From positions 450 through 64,449 of the forward strand of contig CAZAJO010000010.1 of NCBI GenBank assembly GCA_964485575.1: 64,000 bases of DNA, given 5' to 3'. The notes under the pieces are model-generated. The model did no database searches and had not been told where the DNA came from. It saw only the letters and a program-made list of their open reading frames with translations. The position numbers and the translations under genes are program-made. Shown here in pieces: positions 38,457 to 47,859 of this stretch (position 1 is the stretch's first letter; each line of letters opens with the position of its first letter). This DNA comes from an uncultured Gammaproteobacteria bacterium. GTDB lineage: Bacteria > Patescibacteriota > Microgenomatia > Levybacterales > GWA1-39-11.

Positions 38457-40316
38457 ATGAAGATTAAAAGGCAAAGTAAAAAAAATGGATTTCGTTTCGG
38501 TTGGAAGGACCTTTTTCTTTATGGTTTTTTAATACTATTCCTCTTATTCTTAACAATTGGTATTGGTGATTTCTCATATAGCGGACAAGAGCAAAATATT
38601 TCACTTTCCCAAACTCTTTCTGAGGTAAAAAGTGGCAAAATAAAGGAAATTGTTGTTTCTGACAATAAAATGGACATCCTTTACAAGGATGGTAAGAAAG
38701 CAATTACAAAAAAAGAACCAGGCACTTCATTGTATGAAGTATTTAAGGATGCAAATGTTGATGCAAGTAAGGTAAAAATCAGTATCAAGGATTCATCAAC
38801 TCTCAATACGTGGATTGGAATTCTGGCTAATTTCTTACCAGTTCTGCTTATAATTGGATTTTTCTATTTTGTATTTCGTCAGGCAAGAGGAGCACAGGAA
38901 AACATATTTTCTTTTGGTAATAACAAAGCAAAGGCATTCAATAAAGTTTTTCCAAAAGTTACTTTTAATGATGTCGCTGGTGTTGATGAAGCAAAGCAAG
39001 AGCTTTCTGAAGTCGTAGACTTCTTAAAAAACCCTCAAAAATATACAGAGATGGGAGCACGCACTCCAAAAGGTGTACTTTTGGTAGGTCCTGCTGGTAC
39101 CGGAAAGACTCTTATGGCACGTGCTGTTGCAGGAGAGGCAAAAGTAGCGTTCTATTCTATAGCAGGATCAGAATTTATGGAGATGTTGGTAGGGGTTGGA
39201 GCCGCACGGGTCAGAGACCTCTTTTTGAATGCAAAAAAAGCACAGCCTGCAATCATCTTTATCGATGAAATTGATGCAATTGGACGTCAAAGAGGAGGAA
39301 ATATGATGGGAGGGCATGATGAACGTGAACAGACTTTGAACCAAATTCTTGTTGAGATGGATGGATTTACACCGACAGAGCAACTAGTAGTAATTGCCGC
39401 TACAAATAGACCGGATATTTTGGATTCTGCATTAGTTAGGCCAGGAAGATTTGACCGTAGAATTATGATCTCCTATCCTGACATTGAGGGTAGAAAAGCA
39501 ATTTTGGCGATTCATGCAAAAGGTAAGCCATTTATCGCAAGTGTAAATTGGGAGAGTGTTGCTAAAAGAACAGTTGGATATTCAGGTGCGGATCTTGAGA
39601 ATATGCTTAATGAAGCCGCGATTTTGGCTGCACGGTCAAACAGAAAGACTATTAATATGGATGACCTTGAGGAGGCAGCCACGAAAGTGAAGATGGGACC
39701 TGAAAAAAAGAGAATGCAAACCGACGAAGACAAAAAGATTACTGCCTATCACGAGTCAGGCCATGCAATAGTGAGTTACGCTATGCCAAAAGCTGACCCA
39801 GTACACAGAATTTCGATAGTAGGACGTGGAATGTCTTTGGGACACACTCTTATTCCACCTCAATTTGACAGGGTGCATGAGACTAAAACAAGACTTTTGG
39901 AGCAGATTGCGACCATGCTTGGAGGACGAGTTGCGGAAGACCTCATATTTGCTGAGGTGACAACCGGTGCCTCAAACGACATCGAAAAGGCTACTGAGGT
40001 AGCCCGTACAATGGTTGTTGAATATGGAATGAGTAGGCTTGGGCCAGTTAATATGGAGGCAAATGAACCGACGATGTTTGGAGAAGGTCAAAATATTTCA
40101 GAGTCTATGAAGACAGCAATTGACCGTGAGGTTTCATTTATCATAGACGAGGCTTACAAGAGAGCAGTTCTTGCTCTTAAGCAGAACAGGAAAAAGCTTG
40201 ATGAAGTGGCTGAAATTTTACTTCAGAAAGAAACATTAGAAGGTGAACAATTTGAGAAGATAATGAAAGGAACGAAAACGATTGGAAAAAAATCCCCCTT
40301 GAAAAGTAAGGCTTAG
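38457..40316 (+). CDS. ftsH: ATP-dependent zinc metalloprotease FtsH
   Basis: The ORF track starts this frame at 38391. The ATG at 38457 is the likelier start: it follows an extended -10 (TGTTACAAT at about 38408-38416) and gives the N-terminus [12 protein letters not shown]. Two TM helices, AAA+ [11 protein letters not shown], and Zn-binding HESGHA. Confidence 0.9.
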   Translation: MKIKRQSKKNGFRFGWKDLFLYGFLILFLLFLTIGIGDFSYSGQEQNISLSQTLSEVKSGKIKEIVVSDNKMDILYKDGKKAITKKEPGTSLYEVFKDANVDASKVKISIKDSSTLNTWIGILANFLPVLLIIGFFYFVFRQARGAQENIFSFGNNKAKAFNKVFPKVTFNDVAGVDEAKQELSEVVDFLKNPQKYTEMGARTPKGVLLVGPAGTGKTLMARAVAGEAKVAFYSIAGSEFMEMLVGVGAARVRDLFLNAKKAQPAIIFIDEIDAIGRQRGGNMMGGHDEREQTLNQILVEMDGFTPTEQLVVIAATNRPDILDSALVRPGRFDRRIMISYPDIEGRKAILAIHAKGKPFIASVNWESVAKRTVGYSGADLENMLNEAAILAARSNRKTINMDDLEEAATKVKMGPEKKRMQTDEDKKITAYHESGHAIVSYAMPKADPVHRISIVGRGMSLGHTLIPPQFDRVHETKTRLLEQIATMLGGRVAEDLIFAEVTTGASNDIEKATEVARTMVVEYGMSRLGPVNMEANEPTMFGEGQNISESMKTAIDREVSFIIDEAYKRAVLALKQNRKKLDEVAEILLQKETLEGEQFEKIMKGTKTIGKKSPLKSKA

Positions 40317-40353
40317 TATCCGAATTGCCTTTGAAACTGATATACTTATTTTT

Positions 40354-42537
40354 ATGAAAGATCCTGTCTATCTACACATTAGAACCCCGAAAGATGATGA
40401 GACGAGTCTCGAGTCCTCAACGCAAGTATTTGCGGCTTTATTACCAAATTATATGGGGCTTTTTAAAAGACTTGTGCATACTCCACGTATGGCTTCTTTT
40501 GAAATTTATCTTTTAGACCAAAAAATATACTTTTATATCGTCGTACCAAAAGAACTTGAAACTTTTGTAACAAGCCTGATGGTCTCATCCTACCCCCGCG
40601 CTTTTATTGCAGAAACTACTGACCCTATGGCAACATTTATGAAGTCAAAACATAAAGAAGTGGGGGAGTTGAAGCTTGAAGAGTCGTATCATTATCCTCT
40701 AAAGACCTATAAAGACTTTAGTGACGTAGATCCTATTGCATCTCTCATCGGATTTCTAGCAAAACAACAAGAGGGGGTAAATATAGGAATACAAATATTA
40801 GTTACCCCAGCGTCTTTTCCATGGCAGTCACACGCAATTGCCTCAACCCAACCAAAAGTAAATTCAGATGGGACCACATCAAAAGAGGGGACGGTTTCTG
40901 CAAGCGCTGTTGCAACAAAGACTCAGTATCAGGGAGGAAAGACATTGATCAGGCTTATTGCAGCAACTGACACTGAGAATCCATACCATTACCTTCATAA
41001 TGTGGCAGGCACTTTCGGAAGTTTTTCATCGGGAGAGGGCAATCATCTCAAATTCAAGCGTCCATTAGTAAATAAAGGTAGGCTTCTAAAAAGAATGCAT
41101 ACTAGATCAACAACACTTTTAGAGCGTAGAAGTCAGATTTTGAATGCACAGGAATTGGCTACGTTGTGGCATCCAGCGGGAAAGATGCTTTCTGGAATCA
41201 AAAATATATCGTGGGGAAAGACTTTAGCCGGTGAACCACCTGAGAATATTCCGGCTGCCAATAACATGACTGAGGATGAAAAAAAGAACGTAAACTTTTT
41301 TGCAGCAACAGAATTTAAGAATCAGAATACTATTTTTGGAATTAAAGATATTGACCGCCGAAAACACGTATATATTATGGGTAAAACTGGAGCTGGAAAA
41401 TCAACTTTAATAGCAAATATGGCAATTGATGATATAAGAAAAGGTCGTGGGATTGGCATAATTGACCCTCACGGAGATCTTTGTGAGACAATTTTGGACT
41501 ATATCCCAAAGAGAAGACTCAATGACGTTGTGTATCTAGAGCCATTTGATACTGAAAGGACATTTGCTCTTAACGTTTTGGAAATAAAAAACAAACAACA
41601 CAAAGACCTTATTGCCAGCGGGATAGTTTCAATTTTTAGCAAAATTTACGCTGATTCGTGGGGGCCTAGGCTCGAATACATTTTAAGAAACACTATTTTT
41701 TCCCTACTTGAGATTCCAGATACAACACTTATTGATGCTTTGAGGATACTTTCAGATAAGCAGTACAGGGATAGGGTTGTACCTCAAATCCAAGACCCGG
41801 TTATTCGAGCCTTCTGGCAGCAGGAGTTTGACAAGATGACTGATAAGTTGAGGGTTGAGGCTATTTCACCAATTCAAAACAAGGTAGGTCAATTTGTTAG
41901 TTCAAAAATGATAAGAAACATCATCGGAAGCCCCAAGTCTTCAATTGACCTTGAAGACATTATGAATAGCGGAAAAATATTACTTCTAAACCTTTCTCAG
42001 GGAAAATTAGGAGAGGACAACGCCGCACTTTTGGGGGCAATGATAATTACTCAAATTCAGCTATCTGCAATGAACCGTGCATTTCAGAAAGAAGAGGATA
42101 GAAAAGACTTTTTCTTGTACGTAGACGAGTTTCAAAATTTCGCGACCTCATCTTTTATTAAAATTCTTTCTGAGGCAAGAAAATACCGCTTGGCAATTAC
42201 TCTTGCTAACCAGTATATAGACCAGTTGGACGTAACAATTCAAAAGTCTATTTTTGGTAATGCAGGTACGCTCATATCCTTCGTTACTGGAGCAGGGGAC
42301 GCATCTCTTTTGACAAAGGAATACGCAGATATATACTCACAAAATGATTTAGTGTCGTTAGGCAAGCATGAAATTGTCATGAAATTGTCAATTGATAATA
42401 TGACGTCCCTCCCATTTGCCGCAAAAACGCTCCCATTACCAAGTCTTAAGAATGATAATAGGGAAGATATCGTCAGACTCTCAAAAGAGAGATATGGTCG
42501 AAAAGTCACCCAAACTGTTGAAAACCCCATTATTTAG
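40354..42537 (+). CDS. FtsK/HerA/VirD4(TraD)-superfamily P-loop ATPase with a 330-aa N-terminal domain of unknown function (type IV coupling-protein-like)
   Basis: 727 aa. Walker A HVYIMGKTGAGKSTLIANMAIDD. Walker B-like FFLYVDEFQNF. The C-terminal half matches the TraD/TrwB/VirD4 and DUF87 architecture. Confidence 0.65.
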   Translation: MKDPVYLHIRTPKDDETSLESSTQVFAALLPNYMGLFKRLVHTPRMASFEIYLLDQKIYFYIVVPKELETFVTSLMVSSYPRAFIAETTDPMATFMKSKHKEVGELKLEESYHYPLKTYKDFSDVDPIASLIGFLAKQQEGVNIGIQILVTPASFPWQSHAIASTQPKVNSDGTTSKEGTVSASAVATKTQYQGGKTLIRLIAATDTENPYHYLHNVAGTFGSFSSGEGNHLKFKRPLVNKGRLLKRMHTRSTTLLERRSQILNAQELATLWHPAGKMLSGIKNISWGKTLAGEPPENIPAANNMTEDEKKNVNFFAATEFKNQNTIFGIKDIDRRKHVYIMGKTGAGKSTLIANMAIDDIRKGRGIGIIDPHGDLCETILDYIPKRRLNDVVYLEPFDTERTFALNVLEIKNKQHKDLIASGIVSIFSKIYADSWGPRLEYILRNTIFSLLEIPDTTLIDALRILSDKQYRDRVVPQIQDPVIRAFWQQEFDKMTDKLRVEAISPIQNKVGQFVSSKMIRNIIGSPKSSIDLEDIMNSGKILLLNLSQGKLGEDNAALLGAMIITQIQLSAMNRAFQKEEDRKDFFLYVDEFQNFATSSFIKILSEARKYRLAITLANQYIDQLDVTIQKSIFGNAGTLISFVTGAGDASLLTKEYADIYSQNDLVSLGKHEIVMKLSIDNMTSLPFAAKTLPLPSLKNDNREDIVRLSKERYGRKVTQTVENPII

Positions 42538-42656
42538 GCATACAATTCCAATATTAGTTCATTTTTTGTAGCAAACGCACAATGCGCGCGTTTATCTATT
42601 GGAAATGACGCACATTGAAAATTGATTTACATGAAAAATGAATAGTATTTATTTTT

Positions 42657-42705
42657 GGTGAAGACTTTCTGCTGCTAAGATTTTTGGCGGTGTAAAGTCT
42701 TCACC
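42657..42705. repeat. Perfect 12-bp inverted repeat (GGTGAAGACTTT ... AAAGTCTTCACC) with a 25-nt spacer, at the low-GC/high-GC junction
   Basis: Read directly from sequence: 42657-42668 and 42694-42705. The loop is too large for a simple intrinsic terminator. Confidence 0.5.
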
Positions 42706-42865
42706 AATAGAGTGGATTGGTAAAGACACACAAAATCGAAAGGAGGTATTTGCCCAGTTCTTCGGAACAGAAAGACCTGAGACCACATAGCAGGGGAGAG
42801 ATCCCCGCCAGATCAATGAGCGGACAACCGTCAACCGAAATTTCCCCCTAAAGGAGGGATATCTC

Positions 42866-44353
42866 GTGACGAAGGTCACAAAGCTTCTCGGTGGCTCTTT
42901 CGTAGCAGTTTTGGGCATCGTGCTCCTCGCTGCTTTCGCTGGTCTTTTCAACTTCGACAGCGGCACGACCGCCGCGACACCCAACTTCGACAGGGCATCC
43001 GCCCACGTCATCGGCGCCGCCGATCTGGCACCTGCCAGCCTCGCCGCCGCACCAACCCACTACCTACCAGGCGACATCAACGCGACGTCACGCATCGCTT
43101 CCGCGGCCGGCCCGAGCAACCCGCTCAACGCCCTCCCCGTCAGCCTGACGACGACCCTCGATGCCCAGATCGGTGCCCTCTCCCAGTTCTACGATGTGTT
43201 GTCTCAGCCCCCGGCTGCTTCACTCGTGGTCGCGAAGGACACCAACTACGGCATCATGTTCGCCACGAACTCCGCGGACTTCATCAAGGAAGTCATTACG
43301 GGCAGCTACTACATGAAGATCAACACGATCAACGTGTCGCGTGCGCCCGCAAACGCCATCACCGCCGCCCCGATTGTCGACTTCCTGAACGACAGCGGCG
43401 CAAGTATCGTCTACTCGCTGAACCTCCCGTACCAGCTGCACACTGCGGCCGGCGCGGGTACCATCTTCGACCTCGTCAAGGGCGCCGGTACCTCCGGGAT
43501 CATTCCTGGCAGCGTCGAAAACAACGCGATCGTCACGGCTGTCTACGGCTTCGACGACACGGTAAAGCAGTACTCTCAGGTCTTCCCGACGGTGACGAAC
43601 GTCCTCGGCGCGAACGACAAGATGACGCTTCCCGCCGACCAGGCATTCTGGTTCGCAACGACCCTCGACCAAGCAGCGCGCGGACTCAACATCTCGAGCA
43701 TCTCGTGGGCTGACACCGTCGACCATTACGCCCGTGCCATCGAAGGCGCCGGCGGCGATACCATGCAGTTCATCGACCAGCACGTCGGCCTCGTGGCTCA
43801 TCAAGGTTCCGTGCTCACGAAGTTCCTCGACCAGAGCACCTGCTTCACCGGCGCCTGCGGTTCGCTCGGTAGCGACCTTGCAGCGGCTGTGACTGGCCAT
43901 GGCGAGGGCATTATCGAAGACGCGGTTGGCACCGGCGCCTCTACGGCAACGCGTACCTACCTGGACTTCGCGGCTCGCACTGCCTTCCCGATGGGCAGCC
44001 TCCACGTGATCCTCGCTGACGCCGCTCTTGGCATCCCTGCGGACATCCCGGCTTCGCCGTTCATTTCGCAGGCTGCGGTCAAGGGCGTCATCTCGACGAC
44101 GACTGGATATCTGGTTGGCACCGTGGACGGCGACGTCCCTGGCATGAGCCGGCACATCAACTTCACAGCGATGGGCCACGACCTCAGCCAGCTGACCAGC
44201 TCGACGACTTCGGCCGTGCACTCCGTGCCCGCCGACCAGGCATTCCTCGTCATCGCCCTCGTGGCCCTCGCCGTAGCCTTCAGCGCTGCGATGAGGAACT
44301 TCGACGGCTCCGCGCGGAATCACCGTGCTGCCAGCGCCCTCGGCGCCGGCTAG
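42866..44353 (+). CDS. High-GC island gene: Ala/Thr/Gly-rich surface protein with an N-terminal signal anchor and a C-terminal TM helix
   Basis: 495 aa. GTG start with SD AAAGGAGGG. N-terminal TM (FVAVLGIVLLAAFAGLF). Internal repeat LPADQAF / VPADQAF. C-terminal TM (LVIALVALAVAFSAAM) plus a basic tail. GC is far above the flanks. The antisense ORFs 43220..44359 and 43957..44253 are composition shadows. Confidence 0.6.
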   Translation: MTKVTKLLGGSFVAVLGIVLLAAFAGLFNFDSGTTAATPNFDRASAHVIGAADLAPASLAAAPTHYLPGDINATSRIASAAGPSNPLNALPVSLTTTLDAQIGALSQFYDVLSQPPAASLVVAKDTNYGIMFATNSADFIKEVITGSYYMKINTINVSRAPANAITAAPIVDFLNDSGASIVYSLNLPYQLHTAAGAGTIFDLVKGAGTSGIIPGSVENNAIVTAVYGFDDTVKQYSQVFPTVTNVLGANDKMTLPADQAFWFATTLDQAARGLNISSISWADTVDHYARAIEGAGGDTMQFIDQHVGLVAHQGSVLTKFLDQSTCFTGACGSLGSDLAAAVTGHGEGIIEDAVGTGASTATRTYLDFAARTAFPMGSLHVILADAALGIPADIPASPFISQAAVKGVISTTTGYLVGTVDGDVPGMSRHINFTAMGHDLSQLTSSTTSAVHSVPADQAFLVIALVALAVAFSAAMRNFDGSARNHRAASALGAG

Positions 44354-44354
44354 C

Positions 44355-44404
44355 CCCACCTCTCACTGTGAGATGGAGGTGGGACTGCAGCCCGCCTCCA
44401 TCTC
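44355..44404 (+). terminator. Two mutually exclusive GC-rich hairpins immediately after the island gene stop
   Basis: Hairpin A: CCCACCTCTCAC-t-GTGAGA-t-GGAGGTGGG (44355-44383). Hairpin B: GAGATGGAGGTGGG-actgcag-CCCGCCTCCATCTC (44370-44404). They share the central arm. Confidence 0.4.
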
Positions 44405-44427
44405 ATGCAAATCCTTTTTCTCCAATT

Positions 44428-44449
44428 GAGCCCCGGTTCTCCGGGGCTC
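44428..44449 (+). terminator. Perfect 9-bp GC hairpin GAGCCCCGG-ttct-CCGGGGCTC
   Basis: Read directly from sequence. Followed within about 25 nt by a T6 run. Lies upstream of the promoter region of the 5'-3' exonuclease gene. Confidence 0.45.
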
Positions 44450-44503
44450 TGCCATAATTTGCCAACTTTTTTCCTTCAGTCACAATTTTTGTAGTATATA
44501 ATT

Positions 44504-45448
44504 GTGGTTATGGAAGGACAAAAAAAAGACATTTTTCTTCTTGTTGATGGAAGCGCAATTGTTCACCGTGCATATCATGCGATGCCATTCTTTGCAAAAA
44601 AAGACGGAGCCTCCACTGGTGCAATATACGGCTTTTTCTCCATGCTTCTTAAGGTTATTCAGCAGTTAGACCCTCAATATATTGTCATAGCCTTCGATCG
44701 TCCAAAACCTACATTTCGTCAACAGTTATACGTCGGGTATCAGGCACAGCGTCCGAAAATGGAGAGTGATTTGTCTGATCAGTTTGGCAAGATAATTGAA
44801 ATTCTTCAAAAGGCTCGAATTTCAACCTATGCGGTTGATGGGTACGAGGCTGATGACATCATAGGAACTGTAAGTGAGGCGGCCAACAAGAAAGGAATAT
44901 TTACCTATATCGTGACTGGAGACAGAGACATGCTTCAACTGGTAGATGAGGACACTCGGGTTTTTATGCCTATCAAGGGGATTTCAGAGGTCAGTATTAT
45001 GGACGCGGAGAAAGTGCGGGAAAAATACGGTATTAAACCTTCTCAATTTATAGACTACAAGGCGCTTCAGGGAGATTCTTCCGATAATTATCCGGGAGTA
45101 GCTGGTATTGGGCCAAAAACAGCTGCAAATCTTATCAATGATTACGGATCTGTTGAAAATATCTATAAAAATCTTGATGAGATTGCCACCAAGAACAAAA
45201 AATTGGCTGATAGATTAACTGAAGGACATGAGGCATGCATGATAGCCTATAAATTGGCAACAATTGTAAGAGACGTTCCATTCGTTTTTGATCTCAAGGC
45301 ATCTCGGATGGAAGAGATCCAGCTTGATGACTTTAAAGACGCTCTTATCAAGGAGGAATTTCATACGTTACCAAGAAGGTTGGATGAAATATTTGGTAAA
45401 GATGGAAAAGTAACTGATAATGGGAAGGGTCAAATGAAACTTCTTTGA
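44504..45448 (+). CDS. 5'-3' exonuclease (standalone Pol I-type 5' nuclease/FEN domain with H3TH)
   Basis: 314 aa. LLVDGSAIVHRAYHA N-terminus, acidic metal-binding clusters, and H3TH (GDSSDNYPGVAGIGPKTA). Confidence 0.85.
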   Translation: MVMEGQKKDIFLLVDGSAIVHRAYHAMPFFAKKDGASTGAIYGFFSMLLKVIQQLDPQYIVIAFDRPKPTFRQQLYVGYQAQRPKMESDLSDQFGKIIEILQKARISTYAVDGYEADDIIGTVSEAANKKGIFTYIVTGDRDMLQLVDEDTRVFMPIKGISEVSIMDAEKVREKYGIKPSQFIDYKALQGDSSDNYPGVAGIGPKTAANLINDYGSVENIYKNLDEIATKNKKLADRLTEGHEACMIAYKLATIVRDVPFVFDLKASRMEEIQLDDFKDALIKEEFHTLPRRLDEIFGKDGKVTDNGKGQMKLL

Positions 45449-45502
45449 CGAGTCAAAGAAGAATTCAGAACTCAGAATTCAAATGTCAGAGCTACAATTA
45501 AG

Positions 45503-45862
45503 ATGAAATCTAATGATCTTAAAATAAGGACATACGATTTCTCTATTGAGATAATAAAGTTTATAAACAGTCTTCCCAATAAAAGAGCATTTTGGTCAAT
45601 CGGTGATCAGCTTTTGAGGTCTGCTACATCAGTAGGAGCAAATATTATTGAAGCGAAGGCGTCAAGTTCTAGAAAAGAATTTATAAAATATTATGAAATT
45701 GCCTTAAAATCAGCTAACGAATCTAAGTATTGGCTATATCTTTTGAAAGACTCTTATGGCGAACTATCAAGTCGATGCGACGAACTGTTAAATGAACTCG
45801 ACGAAATTTGCAGAATGCTAAACTCAAGTGTTTTAACCTTGAAAGGAAAGAGCAAGATTTAA
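45503..45862 (+). CDS. Four-helix-bundle protein (TIGR02436; family typical of 23S rRNA intervening sequences)
   Basis: 119 aa. FINSLPNKRAFWSIGDQLLRSATSVGANIIEA...SKYWLYLL is characteristic of the family. Not inside an rRNA gene here. Confidence 0.75.
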   Translation: MKSNDLKIRTYDFSIEIIKFINSLPNKRAFWSIGDQLLRSATSVGANIIEAKASSSRKEFIKYYEIALKSANESKYWLYLLKDSYGELSSRCDELLNELDEICRMLNSSVLTLKGKSKI

Positions 45863-45914
45863 AGTTTTCAAGTTGCAGTTTTGAGTTCTAACATATAACA
45901 TTTGAGTTAACATA

Positions 45915-47006
45915 ATGAAAATAGCAATTGTTCATGACTATTTGAAAGAATACGGAGGAGCAGAGAGAGTACTCGAAGAGCTTATCAAGATTTATCCTGA
46001 TGCTGATATTTATACTTCGATATATGCACCAGAATACCTTGGGCCCCACAAAAAAAGATTTGAAAATTATAATATCAGGACTACGTGGCTTAACTCAATC
46101 CCCGGTAGGCACAAACTCATCTCACCATTAAGACTATTGTCTCCCTTTGCTTTTCGAAAATTAAATTTAAAGTCATATGACGCAGTTATCGTTTCCCAAA
46201 CTGGGGCATATTTCCCAAATCTTGTTCACCACAAGAAAGGAAAACTTATCTGCTACACCCATACTCCTCCACGGTATCTGTATGGGTACAAAACAGGTAG
46301 AAATTTGCCTAAAAACCCAATAATAAGAGCATTGGCTGCAGTTGGATTTAATGCACTTCGGATTGTGGATTTTAACGCTTCAAAAAATGTTGACGTATTT
46401 GTGGCAAATTCAGAGGAGATTAAGGGTAGGATTAAGAAATTCTACCGCAGAGACGCAATTGTTATATACCCACCCGTTTCAATTCCAAATGTCATAAAAG
46501 GGAAAAAAGAAGAGATTTATGTTACTGGGGGAAGACTTGCTGCTGCTAAGGGAATTGATGTAATTATCAAGGCATTTAACGAAAATGGTAAGCCACTAAA
46601 AATATTTGGGAAAGGATTTGCAGGATTTGAGGAAGGATTGAGAAAACTTGCCCACAAAAACATAGAATTTGTTGGAGAGGTATCTGATGAGAAAAAATTT
46701 GAGCTTTTGGGAAGCGCAAAAGCATTTATTTTTGCTTCATATGATGAGGATTTTGGAATAACACCAGTAGAGGCGATGGGAGTAGGGACCCCAGTGATAG
46801 CATTTGCTTCAGGCGGAGTGAAAGAGACCGTAGTTGAGGGCAGAACAGGTTTGTTCTACGATGAAAATACTCCAGAAAGTTTAAATAATGCTATCTCAAA
46901 GTTTGAAAGGTTAACGTTAAATCCAAATGACAGCGTGGAGCGAGCAGAGAGATTTTCTGATAAGGAATTTGACCGAAAAATTAAGGAGGTAGTAGGTAGT
47001 GCCTGA
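45915..47006 (+). CDS. Glycosyltransferase family 4 (GT-B fold)
   Basis: 363 aa. C-terminal E-x7-E-like region (EDFGITPVEAMGVGTPVIA). Confidence 0.8.
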   Translation: MKIAIVHDYLKEYGGAERVLEELIKIYPDADIYTSIYAPEYLGPHKKRFENYNIRTTWLNSIPGRHKLISPLRLLSPFAFRKLNLKSYDAVIVSQTGAYFPNLVHHKKGKLICYTHTPPRYLYGYKTGRNLPKNPIIRALAAVGFNALRIVDFNASKNVDVFVANSEEIKGRIKKFYRRDAIVIYPPVSIPNVIKGKKEEIYVTGGRLAAAKGIDVIIKAFNENGKPLKIFGKGFAGFEEGLRKLAHKNIEFVGEVSDEKKFELLGSAKAFIFASYDEDFGITPVEAMGVGTPVIAFASGGVKETVVEGRTGLFYDENTPESLNNAISKFERLTLNPNDSVERAERFSDKEFDRKIKEVVGSA

Positions 47007-47856
47007 ACTTCCAGAAGTAGAAACGGTCAGACGTGGACTTGAAAAGTATTTAGTAGGACACATTATTGAAAAGGTTGAGGTGATAAATCCGGGTCCTTTT
47101 CAGGGAGAGGCAAAGAAGGTTGAAGGAAAAAAAGTTATTGCTGTGCGTAGAAGTGGAAAGGGATTGATTCTAGATCTAAATAACAAATTGTCGCTAGCAA
47201 TCCATATTAAAATGACTGGTCAATTGATTTTCCGTGACGAAAAAACAAAAAATGAACCTCTTTCTCCCAAGGTTGGTGCACTTCCTGGTAAGTTTACCCA
47301 CGTAATATTTCGCCTAGACAAGGGAGGTATTTTGTATTACAACGACCAGAGAAGATTTGGGTGGATTAGGGTCGTTAAAACTTTAGAGATCATGGACATG
47401 TCGTTTTTCAGGACAATGGGACCTGAGCCATTTGGCCTTGGAACGGGAGAAGAATTGACGTTAGACAAGTTTGGATCAATCCTTTCAAAAGCCACAACAA
47501 AAGTAAAACCACTTATCATGGATCAGGCAAAAATAGGGGGAATTGGAAATATTTATGCAAATGATGCCCTCTGGAGTGCAAAAATTGATCCGGCAAGACC
47601 TGCCAAAAGTTTGACTGACACAGAAACAAAAGAGTTGTTTGATTCAATAATAAAAGTCATGGAGTTAAGCTTTAAAGAAGGTGGGGCGTCAGAACTGTCA
47701 TTCGTAAATATTTTAGGTCAAGAAGGGAATTACCAGTCTCACACTTTAGTCTATGGTAAGACAGGAAAGAAATGCCCTCGAAATGACGGAGGAGTTATTA
47801 GAAGAATAGAATTAGGCGGACGCGGGACATTTTATTGTGATAAATGTCAACATTAG
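46999..47856 (+). CDS. mutM: Formamidopyrimidine-DNA glycosylase
   Basis: 285 aa. N-terminal MPELPEVETVRRGL (catalytic Pro2/Glu3). H2TH. C-terminal zinc finger C-x2-C...C-x2-C. Confidence 0.9.
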   Translation: MPELPEVETVRRGLEKYLVGHIIEKVEVINPGPFQGEAKKVEGKKVIAVRRSGKGLILDLNNKLSLAIHIKMTGQLIFRDEKTKNEPLSPKVGALPGKFTHVIFRLDKGGILYYNDQRRFGWIRVVKTLEIMDMSFFRTMGPEPFGLGTGEELTLDKFGSILSKATTKVKPLIMDQAKIGGIGNIYANDALWSAKIDPARPAKSLTDTETKELFDSIIKVMELSFKEGGASELSFVNILGQEGNYQSHTLVYGKTGKKCPRNDGGVIRRIELGGRGTFYCDKCQH

Positions 47857-47859
47857 GCA

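Noticed and set aside
43220-44359. 379-aa minus-strand ORF (and 43957..44253) inside island B
   Set aside because: Antisense to the more coherent plus-strand gene. The extremely Arg/Gly/Asp-rich translation is typical of a high-GC shadow frame, and there is no SD.
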